A stretch of DNA of 64,000 nt, taken from contig NGBS01000303.1 of assembly GCA_002245135.1 (NCBI GenBank), forward strand, positions 1 through 64,000. Direction: 5' to 3'. The notes under the pieces were generated by a model, which ran no database searches, had not been told where the DNA came from, and worked only from the letters and a program-made list of their open reading frames with translations. This stretch comes from Proteromonas lacertae (Eukaryota). The position numbers were made by a program, and so were the translations under genes. Each line of letters opens with the position of its first letter. Within the stretch, counting starts at the first letter, position 1. Positions 35,121-48,994 of this stretch are shown in pieces.

Positions 35121-38100
35121 TTAATTAAAAAATGATAATGTAAATAGAGCAACTTTTCTAATCTCTTCATTTTCATTACTAATCAGTGGTTTGATATACT
35201 TCATTGGGTCTAATAACATTATTTCCGTGTAGTAATTCTGAGATAATAATCGAATTATACAACAAACGTTTTGAATTAGTATTTCATTGTTTGATAATAA
35301 CATATTGAGTAATTCTTTCATTATATTATTATATGACATTATAAACACATGATTATCTTTTCTTTGGGATAAATTACTCAATATACATACAGTCATTATC
35401 TTCACTTCCATATTTGGATTATTTAAATACTTGATCAAATAACTTAAACCATTTTCATTCACAAATAATTTCTGATTATATGAATTCAATGTGATATTTC
35501 TAATGATATTTAACACTACCAATAATATATCTAATTCTTCTGTATTTAGTAATGGTATAAGCACTCTAATTCCTCCTTTATTGGCTATTATTACTTGATT
35601 CTCATTATCTCCATGATCAACTAATAAGATTCTACTATCTTCGTGATTTCTACTCAAATTGTTTAATATTTTACAGAGAATCAGTGTCAATTGTGAGTTT
35701 TCTGATCTTCGTAGTTTGTGTAGAATTATTGATATTCCATTAAACTCATTTATTAATACATGATATGAAACTATAAAATAATACAATTATATAAATACAA
35801 TTTTGTGAAAGTGATTCTAATACAGATGCATATCCAACATCACTGGATGGTTGATAGGATGAATTGCTATTATAAACAGAATCTTTGTCCAAATAGTTGA
35901 GTATATTCTGAATGAATTGAGGAGTAATTTGTTGATTTAATATTGAGTTATGATTATTATTATTATTATTACTTATACTGTAGTTGAATATATCTTTGAT
36001 GATAAGACATGTTTTATTCTCAATTTCATTGTTTATTCCTTGCTTATCAAGAATTGTCATTAACACTCTTATATTGCTATTATCAAAATAATTAACTAAT
36101 GGATCTATTGAATATATTATAATAAATAATACAAAGATATAAATATAAATATAAATATACAATTCTGATTAATCTTTAAAAGAAGATTCAATGTTGCTTC
36201 TAATATTTCATTATTTTCACTATTCAATAGTTTAAATATAACAGCAACACCTTCATTCTTAATTATTTCATTTTGAGATTCTTTCAAAAGACATAATTTG
36301 TTTAATATATCCATTGAATTGAGAATCAATTCTTCATTATTATTGTCAATATACTTTAATAAACTGAATATCACATTATATTTGATTAAGAATTGAATTA
36401 TCTCATCTAATAATATGATAAAATAAAATAACTAACTTATACTGTTATATGGTAAATTCTTTATCACTTCAGTAATAGACACTTGGAAATCGATTTTGTC
36501 AGTGTTTAGATATAATAATAATTGTGTCAAATCATGTTCTATGTTTATTTCTATTTCATCAAGTTTAATTATTAATAATTTGCTTACAACATTACATATA
36601 AGTATTTTTGTATTGAATGAATAATTATTGAGTTGTTGGAATAATAGAGGAATGAGAGTAAGATATTTTGAGACAAAATCAGTATTTACTATAATAAAAT
36701 AAACAAGAATATAAAAAATACTATTGGATATTATATTGAAGACTATTTTGAGTATATTGGTAGTTAGTTCTTCATTCTCATTCTCTATGCATTTCTGTAG
36801 TATTGAGATTAGATTATCAACTTCATTTATTAGATTAGAATCTAAATAGATAAATAAAATAATAATTATACATTTAATAGACAGATTAATTAGTAATTTA
36901 GAATTACTTACTTTTACTCCAATATTATCATTCTCCAAACACTGTATTAATGTAGAAACATAACTATTCTCAACTATTACATCTTCACTCATTTCTCCAT
37001 TGTTAATACAGTTATACAAGATAGTACATGCAAGACACTGTATTTCTGTATTTGTATTTTGTTTTAAAAAATTCATTATTTTCACTATATTATCGAAATC
37101 ATCAAATTTTATCTTATTATTTTCTATACATATCACAATAATAAAACTTATTATACTGTTAGATAATAGATATTTGAGTATAGAAAGTGATTCAATCTGT
37201 ATCTTTACATTTGGTATATCAATCCATTTAAATATATCATTTATTATATTATTACTCAATAACGTTGGATGATATTCAACTAAATATATAATATAATATA
37301 TAAAAGACTATATATATACATTCAATAGAGCAGTTCTTTATTATTGTAACTATATTTATAGCCAATTCTGAATCATTAATATTATTACTATTTGATAATA
37401 ACAAACTAGCACCTTTGTTCAATATAAAGTATTCTTTTCCTTTTACTATTCAATATATAAATATAAATAGAATGATATATATATATATATATACATGTTG
37501 TTGTTATGAGTGATAATGTTTCTGTTGAATATATTAATAACAATCTGTTATTGCATTGGATATATTTTACAAGTATATTCATTATATTCGATTTTAGTAA
37601 TATATTATTATTATTATTATTGATTTTGTACCAATCATTTATTCTTTTACAAAACTCAGTGCTTAGTTCAATATCATCATTTTCTATTTCATTATAACAG
37701 ATTAAATAAAATAATATACTTGATTCTATATAGTGGAATATATTATCATTAATTATATTATTTGATAAATATTCGATTAATAAATCAATAACAAATGAAT
37801 TTCCCAATAATATGTGTATTTGATTGATATAACTAACTATTAATAAAAATAAATAAATAAATAAATATACAATTAATGGTGAATAATGTTAATACTTTAA
37901 TAATCGTTGAATGATATGATTCTGGCAGAATTCTACTCATTTCTATTAACTTTTGAAATGAATTTACTAAAACTTCATTTGATATTACTATTAAAAATAA
38001 ATAAATAAAAAATATTCATACAATTAAACGAAATATGTAATCTTTTGATTATAATAAATGTTATTAGTGAAATCATATTATTATTCGATTGTAATAATGG

Positions 38101-38583
38101 GACTATATAGGATATGTAATCAATTGATAATAATATTCTTATATCAATATCACTAATCTCATCTGAATCAGGTAATTGATTGGATAGTTTATTATATATC
38201 TTATTTAATGATTCGTTATTTGAATTCAATATGGTTGGTAATGGTTCAATGATTTCTTGCTTTATTGATACTTTTTCTGGTGTTAATTCTTTTGTTTTTT
38301 CATTTTGTTTGTGTTTATGATGATGATGTTTATGATGATGATGTTTTGATCTATTATCATTGGATACTTGCTGTTGTTGTTGTTGTGGTGGTGGAGGAGG
38401 TGGTGGTTGTAAATAGATTATTGTTGGTTGAGTTTGTTGTGGTTGTGATTGTTGAATTGTTGGAATATACATTGGCATTTGATATTGTGGTAGTGATGGT
38501 GGATTTTGATATATTTGTGGTGGTATCTGTTGATAATTCATTGATTGAGTAGATGGTGGAGATGGAATAGGAGTAGATTGAGG

Positions 38584-38632
<49 letters not shown>

Positions 38633-40034
38633 ATTTGTAATGGAGGAATTTGCATTGGCTGTGGTTGAATCTCGTTTTGTATTGGTGGAGATATAGATAT
38701 TGTTGGTTTAACTTCTTCTTCTTCACTATTGTGTAACGACTGTTGTTGTTGTTGTTGTTGAATAATTGGTTGTGTTGCTTTTAATGATTGATGTGATAAT
38801 GATTTGGATGATTCTGATTTTGAATGATCAAATGATTGAGATAATATAACATTATTATTATTATTATTAGATTGTAAGTTTCTATTATTGATATTATTTT
38901 CATCATATAATATATCATCACCTGATATATGTTTCTGACTATCAATTCTACCTAAATCATTACCACTCATACTATTATCAAATTGTTCTTCAAAACTATC
39001 ATTCATTTCAGATTTATATAATTCCTCTGGTTTATTGTTGTTATTGTTAGGAATTTCTTCTTCTTCTACTTCTTCTACTTCATTATTATTATTATTATTA
39101 TTTGAATATTTATTATATTCATTGAATGGAATTACAGGTGGTGGTTCTTTAGATTCTTCTATACTATCATTTTCATTATTTATATCATTATTATTTTCTA
39201 CTTCATATAACTTATCAAAATCATTATCGTAGGATGGTTCATCATTGAAATTATTATCATCAATTTGTTGTTGTTGTTCTTCTTCTTCTACTTCTACATT
39301 AGTATTATCAACATAAGATTCAAATGGTTCGATTGATTTATTTGTATTTTCATTTTCTTCTTGTTGATTATTATCATTATCATATATTCGTTCTTCTTCT
39401 TCTTCTCCTTCTTGATATTGATTTGGATGTGGTGTTGAATCATATTCATTTTGAGATGGAGAGATAGTTGGAATTGGAGTTGGTGGTATTTCTTTCTTTG
39501 GTTTATATGCTTCATCATCATTTAATATATTATCGATTGAATCACTCACATCAAACTTTGTTGTTGGAGTATCTGCTGCTTTTTGTAATATATCATCAAC
39601 TGCAGCTATCACTGCATTCTTTACTTTTTTAGGTTTTTTATCTATCCATTTATATATCATTCAATATTTTATATTTTTATACTGGCTTTTTTATTTTCTA
39701 TTTCTTGAAGTTTTGCTTGACGTTTCTCTTCTCGTAATTTACGACGCTCTTCCATCATACGTCTCTCATTCTCATTATTACTTGAAGAAGAACCAAAAAC
39801 AGAATCTTCTTCAGAAGCATCACTCTTTTCGGCTTTATTCAGAAAATCAAATGCATAATCATCTTGAGACTATCATATATATTTTTGATGTTTATGAGTA
39901 TATACTACTTCGTTAGAAGTGTCATAAGTTGAACTTTTCTGAGATTTCTTCTTCTTGTTTTTCTTCAATAGTGATATTGCACCTTTTGGTTGAATTTCTT
40001 CTTCATCATCATCTCCAAACACATTAAAAGACAT
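35121..40034 (-). CDS. Large armadillo-repeat protein with low-complexity (Q/N/E/P) N-terminal region; many short introns; treated as one gene
   Basis: ARM-type segments (ENQVIIANKGGIRVLIPLL, NQKLFVNENGLSYLIKYL) in successive minus-strand exons; ATG at 40034. Exon structure not fully resolved. Confidence 0.7.
38583..38631 (-). repeat. (CAA)n microsatellite encoding poly-Gln
   Basis: Uninterrupted gtt run on the + strand. Confidence 0.9.
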
Positions 40035-40150
40035 TTTTCTAAATTTGAATTGTGAAACCACTCTATTTTTGAAAATTATAATAAAACCTTGATATATTTG
40101 TATGGAATATGTTAAATGTTATAAGAGAGTGTGATATGAATGTAGATGGT
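39988..40150 (+). repeat. 163-bp direct repeat, copy A
   Basis: Matches 41664-41826 (offset 1676) with 2 mismatches seen. Confidence 0.95.
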
Positions 40151-40635
40151 GTATTTGATGAGTTTGAACACTTTTAATGGTTTATGATGTAAAAGTGAAT
40201 ATTTAAAGAAGAGAGATTGAAAAGAATAATCGTATGATGTTAATTAAATGTGGACGATGATTAAAACGAAGTTTATTAAGTGTTTTAGCAAACTTAAAGC
40301 TAACTAGTGCTCTCCTTAGTTGAATGTAAAATGATGTAGTATATTTGCTAATTGAATGATATATGATGTTATATGAGATTTTATATCGTTATGAAATATG
40401 TTATAAAAAGGAAATTTAAGTGTAGTTTATTTCGATGTTGTATTTAGTAAGTTCCTATATGAAAGAATACTATGATGATGATTATAAATGATGATTATAA
40501 ATGATGATTTTATTTCCATATGCTTTATGTAAAAACTTCTGTGTAAATAGTTTTATGTAAATAATGAATAAACCAATAGTTTTCATCCAAATGTTTTAAT
40601 AAATACATAAAGATTATTTAGAGATTATTGATATA

Positions 40636-41606
40636 ATGATTGCAGGTATAATATTTATACAATGAAATATACTTATTGCTGAATAGATAGATATTATACA
40701 ATCCAAATATATGAAGAATCAGAGAGAAATTCCAAAGCTTTAGCTGAAAATAATACAGAAAGTGAAAATTCAGATAATATTCAAGAGATTAAACCATCAA
40801 AAAATGTTGGTAAGAAAATACTTGTTTCTGAATCAAATCTACCTCAAACTAGTAAAAGAAAAGTTAAAGATGATGTGAATCACCTTCCCCTACTATATCG
40901 TGTTACAATAATTTTTGTTATGATTTGTTTAAAGATAATTTCATATGAAGGAATTTCTGTGAATAGAATGGAAGGAAATTCGTCATTATTAAATGAATCA
41001 AATATAAGTGATCATTCAATTAATTTCAATGAAACAGAAACAAAAGAAATAACAAATAAAAAAGGTTTAATAGATAGATTAATATCGAAAGATGAAATAA
41101 CTGGCGATATATATAAAGACAATTCAAATATACAATTTGAAATGAACTCTTATGGTTTATCCTCAGATGGTAAAACAATAAAGCATTACTATAAGTCATC
41201 ATTTCATACTTATTATTTAAATAAAGAAATAAATGAAGGAATATATCATTTAAAATTTAAATATAATGGAAAATATAAACTAACGCTTGGAATAATAACA
41301 CCAAAAAGTAAAAACAAAGATGATCATAATGAAAAATGTTCAATTAAAATATTTGATTCCTTTTCATATTTGTATGGATTATGTGGTGAAAAAATAATGA
41401 AAAGAAAAATGAAGAGTATTAAAGCACATAGTAATGGTGAATATGAATTAATAATAAATATGAAAGAGAGAAGTATGAGTATAAGACACAATGACGGAAA
41501 AGAGATGATATTGTTTAGAAATATACCATCAAATGTAATTCCATATGTTGAATTATGGAATGAAAATGACACAGTGAGATTAATTGATTCATTTAACAAA
41601 TTATAA
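40636..41606 (+). CDS. Membrane-anchored protein with beta-rich stalk and SPRY/B30.2-like C-terminal domain (family copy 1)
   Basis: ATG ATT GCA G, 41-nt intron 40646-40686, then an open frame with a hydrophobic segment and EGIYHLKFKYNGK..TLGI..YELIINMKERSMSI..LFRNIPSNVIPYVEL. The domain call is inference. Confidence 0.7.
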
Positions 41607-41663
41607 TACTTATATTTTTATTATATTTAATTATATTTTTTAAAGTATTATTATATTTTTTGG

Positions 41664-41826
41664 GGTTAAATTTCTTCTTCATCGTCATCTCCAAACACAT
41701 TAAAAGACATTTTTCTAAATTTGAATTGTGAAACCACTCTATTTTTGAAAATTATAATAAAACCTTGATATATTTGTATGGAATATGTTAAATGTTATAA
41801 GAGAGTGTGATATGAATGTAGATGGT
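41664..41826 (+). repeat. 163-bp direct repeat, copy B (dead copy of the ARM gene start and promoter)
   Basis: Minus strand reads MSFNVFGDDDEEEI then TAA where copy A has CAA. Confidence 0.95.
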
Positions 41827-42025
41827 ATAAGTAATTATATTAAAAAATGTCATAAATAAATTATGAAATAGTTTTATTACTAAATAATGAATTATATACA
41901 CATATATTATTGAAATGAATGGCTTATTCTGTTTTTTAAATGAAAATTCAAATCTATTTTGAAACAAACATAAGCTTGATTGAATATTTAAAAATTTGTT
42001 TTTTGAAAAAACTTATTCTTAAGTC

Positions 42026-44693
42026 ATGCAGAATGAACAATCTGAATCACCAATTAGTGATGATGACAATATTCCACCCCCAATAGTCAAACATTTATCA
42101 GATATACCAAACTTACCCATTACTAAAGAAACTAAATCATCACCATCAGAAAACAGTATTAGTGAAAATATAATAAAAGATGTAAGCGTTTACATTACTT
42201 TAAAGAAATTTGTAAATACCTTAGTAAGAAAACGAAAGACGAATGTGAATAACTATATAAGAACATGGAATATACTGGATACAAAATCAGAGAGTGTATA
42301 TTTGTGAATATATGTTTTTGAATAGGAATTAATAGAACTTGAGAATGAAAGAAAGAAAATCTCATTTAAATTAGCTGGATTAACATCATTATTTACAGTA
42401 AAATCAAAATCTGATAATTTTTTTGTAAATTATAAACCAATTGATATTTTAGACAATTATGAAGGAATAAAAATAGATTTTCCATTAGAAATGAGTAATA
42501 TAATGAAAGTGATTGAATATATAAAAGTAGGAAGTATAATTAATATTATTATTGTATAAAAAATAGAAATAATTCATAGTAATTATATAATGAAAGTAAT
42601 TCATGAAGTTGGAAAATATTATTTATATAAACCAAATATAGAAAGAATAGAAACTAAAGAAAATCACAAAATAACAGTCGTTGGTGATTTGCATGGTCAA
42701 TTACAAGATTTATTTACAATATTTGAATTGAATGGTTTGCCATGTCCAAATAATATTTATATATTTAATGGAGATTTTGTAGATCGAGGTAAAAATGGAG
42801 TAGAAATATTTTTTATAATCTGTTGTTTTAAGTTATTATATAAGAACAGTGTATATATAAATCGAGGAAATCATGAAAGTATGAGTATGAATAGTATTTG
42901 GGGATTTAGAGATGAAGTGTATATGAAATACCCTGAATGTAAAGAAGTGATGTATATCTTATTTAACGAAGTGTTTCATACGTTACCATTGGTGACATTG
43001 ATAAATGAAAGAATATTTATAGTTCACGGTGGAATTGGTGGTTTAATGGATGTTAATCTAAATGATATAAATGAAATAAATGTATATTATTTATTGTAAT
43101 TATTTTTTATAGAGATTTCGTGACATTCCATGTGATAAATTAAATAAAGAAAATTATATATTTGAATGCTTATTATGGAGTGATCCAAGACCAAGTAAGA
43201 ATTTTCCAGATGTTGTATATATGTATTAACATTTATTGTTTATTAGATGAATGAATATTTCAGACCAGCAAATCGTGGTGCTGGATTTGAATGGAGTTAT
43301 GGTTTAACTTTGTTATTCTGTCAATCGAATTGTATAAATTATATAATTCGATCTCATGAATGTGTTGATGAAGGATATGAAGTTTTACATCAAGGATTAG
43401 TTTATACTATATTTTCAGCTTCATTTTATTGTAATAGTAGTTGTAATAAAGGATCCTATTTGAATATAGATAATTCGTTAAGATTCTACCCACAAAATTA
43501 TTATAGTAAAACAATAGACAAATCTGACATTTCTTTGAAAATGAAAAACCAATTAGAAAATCTAAAGAAAGATGTAATAGAGAGAATAAAAGAATTGATT
43601 ATAACATATAAAGCTGATTTATATGAATGGTATACTCAAACAGATAAAGCAAAATCAGGTTATATAACGAAGTATGAATGGGCTTATAGTTTATATACAA
43701 CAACAAAATTTGATATTCCTTTTATATCTTATGCTAAAGAGTTAGTAACAATAGAAGAGAATGGTAAAATCAAATATTGTGATTTCTTAGATCGTTATTT
43801 ATTAGATGTAAAAGGATTAGATAAGAGTTGGTATGAAGATACTTTAATGAAAATATGTAAGAAATTGTTGTTAACATGTTCTTCATTGACAAAAGCATTT
43901 GAAGTATTTGATAAAAATGGAGATGGTGTTATTGAGTATGATGAATTTGAATCTGCTATAAAAGCACTAAATATTGGTTTGTCTAAAAGTCAAATATATG
44001 AATTAATGAGATATTTAGATACTGAGAGAGATAATAAGATAAATTATCGAGAGTTTACTGAAAAAGTAAAAATCACCTTTTCTTCTTTAAAAACTTCTAA
44101 TAGAAATGATCCTTGGATTCAATCATCATTCTCAAAAGTATTTTATAGTTATCTGTTTCTCATTTTATTAATAATAGATTGGTGAAGCATTATTCATTAA
44201 AAAAACTCCGCTTAAAGAAATTTTTGATGAATTTGACGAGAATAATGATAATCAATTGAATGAAGAAGAGTTTGTAAAATCAATAAAGAAATTAAATTTA
44301 GATTTTAGTGATGATGATTTAATAAAAATCTACAATGCAGTTGATGTAGATTCTTCTGGTTTATTAAACTATGAAGAATTCACAAATGCGTTTCAAATCT
44401 CTTTAAATGATTTAATTTATGGTTATAGAATTCCAGAGAATTTAGTATTAGAATTATATAAAAGACGAAGACAATTGCAATCCTTATTCAAATATTTTGA
44501 TTATAACAATGAACATAAATTGAAAAATGATGTATTTTTTTATGCAATTCAATCATATTCTCAATATCATTATTTACCATTTACAAATGATAATATTAAT
44601 GATATGATCAATTATATGGATAAAGATAAAGATGGATTTGTAGATTATAATGAGTTTTGTAATGCTTTTAAAGTACTTGATCTAGAAGCTTAG
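42026..44693 (+). CDS. PPEF: Ser/Thr phosphatase with EF hands (PPEF/rdgC family)
   Basis: WNILD..E, GDLHGQ, GDFVDRG, RGNHE, LLWSDP, IRSHE, TIFSAS.Y and several C-terminal EF hands. Confidence 0.9.
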
Positions 44694-44879
44694 TATTGTT
44701 AAATAACTTTACAATTATTTCATTGATATATTGATTAGTGTCTTGTTATACCTCCTTCGTTTTGTATTATGCTTCTGCCTTATAATATTTGCTGATGCAT
44801 TTATATAACAATAACATGGTGTTGTTAATCAACAATTTGAAATATGAAATAACGACTATATTTATTGTAATCCAAAATA

Positions 44880-45503
44880 ATGAAATTCGTTATATTCTTC
44901 ATATTGCTTTCAATTTGCTTTTGCGACATTGATATGAGTGGTGTAGAAGCCAAATACGAAAATGGATATGTAGAAGCAAAAGGAGTTATAAAAATAACAA
45001 AACCAAGGAATATGTATGAGAATACAAGAATAAAGTTGGGATGCGTTGTAACTTATCAACGTGCAACACAGAATGATTTTTTAAATCCCAAAATATTCCT
45101 TATAACAAAGAATGAATGGGAGCAAGAAGTCCTCTATCATTCTACCACATTAAATACTCGAGGTAATTTATATACATGTGCATTGATTGAAGTGGATGAT
45201 TTTAACAAGATTTATTACTATCATGGAGTTAGTGAGGTTGTTATAAAGAACAATGTCAATTCACAGAAATATGTGAATTCACAGAACAATGTAGCTTCTC
45301 AAAACCATGATGATGGTTGGTGGTGTACTGTTGCTAAAGAATTTAATTATAATTCTAACAACTGGATGGCTAAGTTGTGTGGAGATAGTTGTAAATGTCA
45401 TATTTCTACAGCTGCTATCAATGGTTTGACTATAGCTTCACAAGTCTATTCCACTTTAAAATCTGATAAAAAAGAAGATGATAGAAGAAAGATCTATTAT
45501 TAA
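44880..45503 (+). CDS. Secreted Cys-containing hypothetical protein (paralog 1)
   Basis: Signal peptide, intronless; shares T.IK..C.V, TC..EI/V and SCKCH with 47394-47999. Confidence 0.8.
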   Translation: MKFVIFFILLSICFCDIDMSGVEAKYENGYVEAKGVIKITKPRNMYENTRIKLGCVVTYQRATQNDFLNPKIFLITKNEWEQEVLYHSTTLNTRGNLYTCALIEVDDFNKIYYYHGVSEVVIKNNVNSQKYVNSQNNVASQNHDDGWWCTVAKEFNYNSNNWMAKLCGDSCKCHISTAAINGLTIASQVYSTLKSDKKEDDRRKIYY

Positions 45504-46155
45504 TTTACTTTTGATTTATATATGTTGATAATATTAGTATTTTGATGTGTTTATTTTAGTAAAATACAATCTCTAAGTGTGAGAAATGATGTTTCATTAA
45601 TAATGAAAACGACTATATTTTTAGAAACATCTAAATAAGTGATATAAAGTATTATGGTTGAGTTTAGGATAATTGATAATGATGAATGTGTAATTGATGG
45701 TCATAGATAACAAATATTTTACTTCAAGCGTTGATTAGAAAGAAAAAGTGAATGAGAATAAGAGAGGAAGCAATACATGATGTGATCATGATAATTATTT
45801 AAAAAATAATGAAATGATATAGGTAACTAACTTATTATACATGTTGCTGTTGTTATTGTGATTAACTTACTGAAATAGGTAGTTGTATAATATTTTAGAT
45901 ATTATACTCGTCTACCACAAGTATGGTGATTATTTATCTGTTTTTATAATGACGAGATAAATTTAGAAAATAAGAGTGTAATGATAATGATAAATATAAT
46001 ATGGATAATAAATAGAGGTATGTTAATGAAGATGAAGATGATATCGAGTATATCCATAATTTATGTATAAACATTTTATGTAAAAACAGTTTATGTAAAT
46101 AAATATTTACATAGTCGTTATATATTTTATTACATAAAGATTATTTGTTGAGAAT

Positions 46156-47234
46156 ATGATTGCAAGTATAATCTATATATATTATAATATACTTATTGAT
46201 GAATAGATAGATATGAAAAGCAAGAAAGTGAAGAAACCGAGAGAAATGCAGAGGATTTAGCTGAAAATAATACTCAAAATAGAAGAAATAATAATAAAAG
46301 AAATAAAAAATCACCAAATAATTCTGGTAAGAAAGTACTTGTTTCACAATCAACTTTACCTCAAACTAATGAAAGAAAAGATAAGGAAGAAGTTTCTTTT
46401 CCAATTCCACTCTTTTATCGTATTGCGTCAATTATTACATATATACTTTTTTCAATCATAGTTGTAGGAATAGGATATATCTATTTGTATTTATATAAAG
46501 ATGGATATGTGGAGATAAATTTCAATATAAAAATAAATGGGAATGTAATAGTTAATAGTGTTAATGGTAAATCTATGAACTTTGAGAATGGAACAGTCGA
46601 TAGATTAACATCAAATGATAAAATAACAGTGAATAAAATAAAAAGTGATGAAATAATAGTTAGAAATATAAATGGAGATACATCTAATTTCCAGATAGGA
46701 TCAATTAACAAATTAGAATCTGATAAAGTAATAGTGAATGTTATAGAAGGAGAATCATCTACATTTGGAGAAATAAAGATAAACAATAAAGCATAATATT
46801 GATGTAGATGATGATTACGTTTATTATCTAAATAAAGAAATAATAAACAAAGGAGTATATCACTATTCATTTAAATATAATGGAAAAAATAAAATGATAC
46901 TTGGAATTGTAAGATCTGGAAGTAAAAATGAAACAAAAATAGAGCATGATGATGTTAATATATGTTCAGTTCAATTGTTTAAAGGTGTAGCCTCCTTGAA
47001 TGGATCATGTGGTGAAAAAATAACTGAAGAAATGATAAAAGGTATAAAAGCAGAAAATGAGAGTGTTTATGAATTAATAATCAATATGAATGAAAAAACT
47101 ATAAGTATAACACAGAATAATGGAAATAAGCTATTATTATATAAAAATATCAAGTCAAATGTTATTCCTTATGTAGAATTATATTATGAAGGTGATAGAG
47201 TTAGTTTAATTAATAGTGTTTATGAAATACTGTA

Positions 47235-47235
<1 letters not shown>
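46156..47235 (+). pseudogene. TM-stalk-SPRY-like family copy 2, interrupted
   Basis: Same first exon and intron as 40636, TM helix and longer stalk; stop at 46794-46796 and a degenerate junction, then the SPRY-like part at 46894-47235. Confidence 0.7.
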
Positions 47236-47272
<37 letters not shown>

Positions 47273-47393
47273 CAGTTTGTTAGTTTTTGATTTTATACAA
47301 AATTCATAAATGACTCGAAATTGGCTTGAGTTATAATCACCCAATCATTTTCATTTAAATATTTACATAAAGTAAATAATTACATAAAAAGAA

Positions 47394-47999
47394 ATGAAGG
47401 CATTCTTATTATTTTTCTTTGTGTTATTGTGCTCATGCACTCTTAATATGAATTACGTGGATGTTGAAGCTTATGAAGGGAAAGTAGAGATAAATGGTGA
47501 AATTGATTTAGAAAAACTAGATATTGAAGATTACAACACTAATATAAAAATAGTATGTTCTGTAGGTAATCATAAAGCTAATGATTATGAGCTAAGTAGA
47601 GGAAGATTTTTTGATATTTCAGCGGATGAATGGAATAATGGCCATAAAAGTATTTACAGCAATATGAAAGGTAGTGGAAGTATTTTTACATGCTCTACTG
47701 TTGAAATTAACAGATTTGGCAAAATAGTGAATTTTAATGAATACGCTACTACTGAGATAAAACAAAAAATTATATATAAACAGAACAACGTTGATGAAAA
47801 AACTGAAGATGAGTCATTCATCACTAAAATATGTAATTATGTTGAAGAATATAACGAAAGTAAATTCTATACAAGATATCTTTCAAAGTATTGTAACAGT
47901 TGTAAATGTCATATGGGAATATTTGCAGGTGACTTATTTTGGAATCTATATTTAGGGAAGTACCTCACTTCTGCATACTTCACCCCACTTAAGAAATAG
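47394..47999 (+). CDS. Secreted Cys-containing hypothetical protein (paralog 2)
   Basis: Signal peptide, intronless, YCNSCKCHMG; aligns by eye with 44880-45503. Confidence 0.8.
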   Translation: MKAFLLFFFVLLCSCTLNMNYVDVEAYEGKVEINGEIDLEKLDIEDYNTNIKIVCSVGNHKANDYELSRGRFFDISADEWNNGHKSIYSNMKGSGSIFTCSTVEINRFGKIVNFNEYATTEIKQKIIYKQNNVDEKTEDESFITKICNYVEEYNESKFYTRYLSKYCNSCKCHMGIFAGDLFWNLYLGKYLTSAYFTPLKK

Positions 48000-48128
48000 T
48001 TTTATTTAAGAAAATAAAAATCTATTTCATTCTTCATTATTTACTGTATTGATATTACTTTAAATTGTGAACAGATAAATTATGTTTTGTTGGGTTGCAT
48101 TGATATATCAACACAATAATAATAACAA

Positions 48129-48923
48129 TTAAATATGAATAATTGTTGTTCTTATGCTTTCTCGAGGATCTTCTTCTAAATCACTCTCAAACACACCTTT
48201 CATTGATAATACCCATTCCAAACAATCACAATTCATCTTATTACCTCCATATATTCCTATTCCTTCGATTTTCGTTAGTAATTTACCATTATGATAAATA
48301 ATTATTGTTGGAACGGATGAATCAGGAAAATTTTCAATGCAAGATGTAGCTATCATTTTAATAAACTTCACAGATTTGAATTTACTACTCAATTCGATTA
48401 GATTTTTTTCTAACAATCTTGAATCACCAACATTGAATTATTATTAAGGTTTACACATATAGATTATTTCAAAAATGATATTATTCTTGGTGTAAAAACA
48501 ATACAATAAAACAATTCTTACTTGCCTCAGTTACTTCTCTCACAAAATCATGTTTTTCTATCAAATATAATCCTCCATATTTTTCTTTTTTCTGTTGTTG
48601 TTTCAACTCTTCCAATCGTTTTTGTCTATATTCTTCTAATGCTCTATTATCATCATCTGATAAATAATCATCTTCCATATCATTTATTTCTTCTAAATTC
48701 TTATTTTCTAAATCAAGCACTTTATCATTTAATACTTGGTCGGGCAATTCAGGAGCTTTCCATTTTTTTATCTTTTCATTATATAAAATAGAATACTGGC
48801 TTTTTAATGCCATGTTGAACTAATATATCGTCCCATTCAGTAGTAGCACCTTCCTCACCTCGATATCTATCAAAGTAATTATTTCAAATTATTATAATAC
48901 TCATGACTTGTACCAACATTCAT
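48129..48923 (-). CDS. PDCL3: Phosducin-like protein (PDCL3/Plp2 type)
   Basis: TTEWDDIL..HGI, LEEYRQKRLEEL, FVREVTEAS, KFIKMIATSCIENFPD. Confidence 0.88.
48433..48481 (-). other. Putative U12-type AT-AA intron (49 nt)
   Basis: 5' ATATCATTTT, branch CCTTAAT ~11 nt before the 3' end, ends TCAA; removal gives LFLHQEY|VGDSRLL in frame. Confidence 0.7.
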
Positions 48924-48994
48924 TTATTCAAAAAATAAAAATAATATTCTCAAATCTCATTCAAGTTTTTTGAAAATTTCTTCTTAATTTTTTG

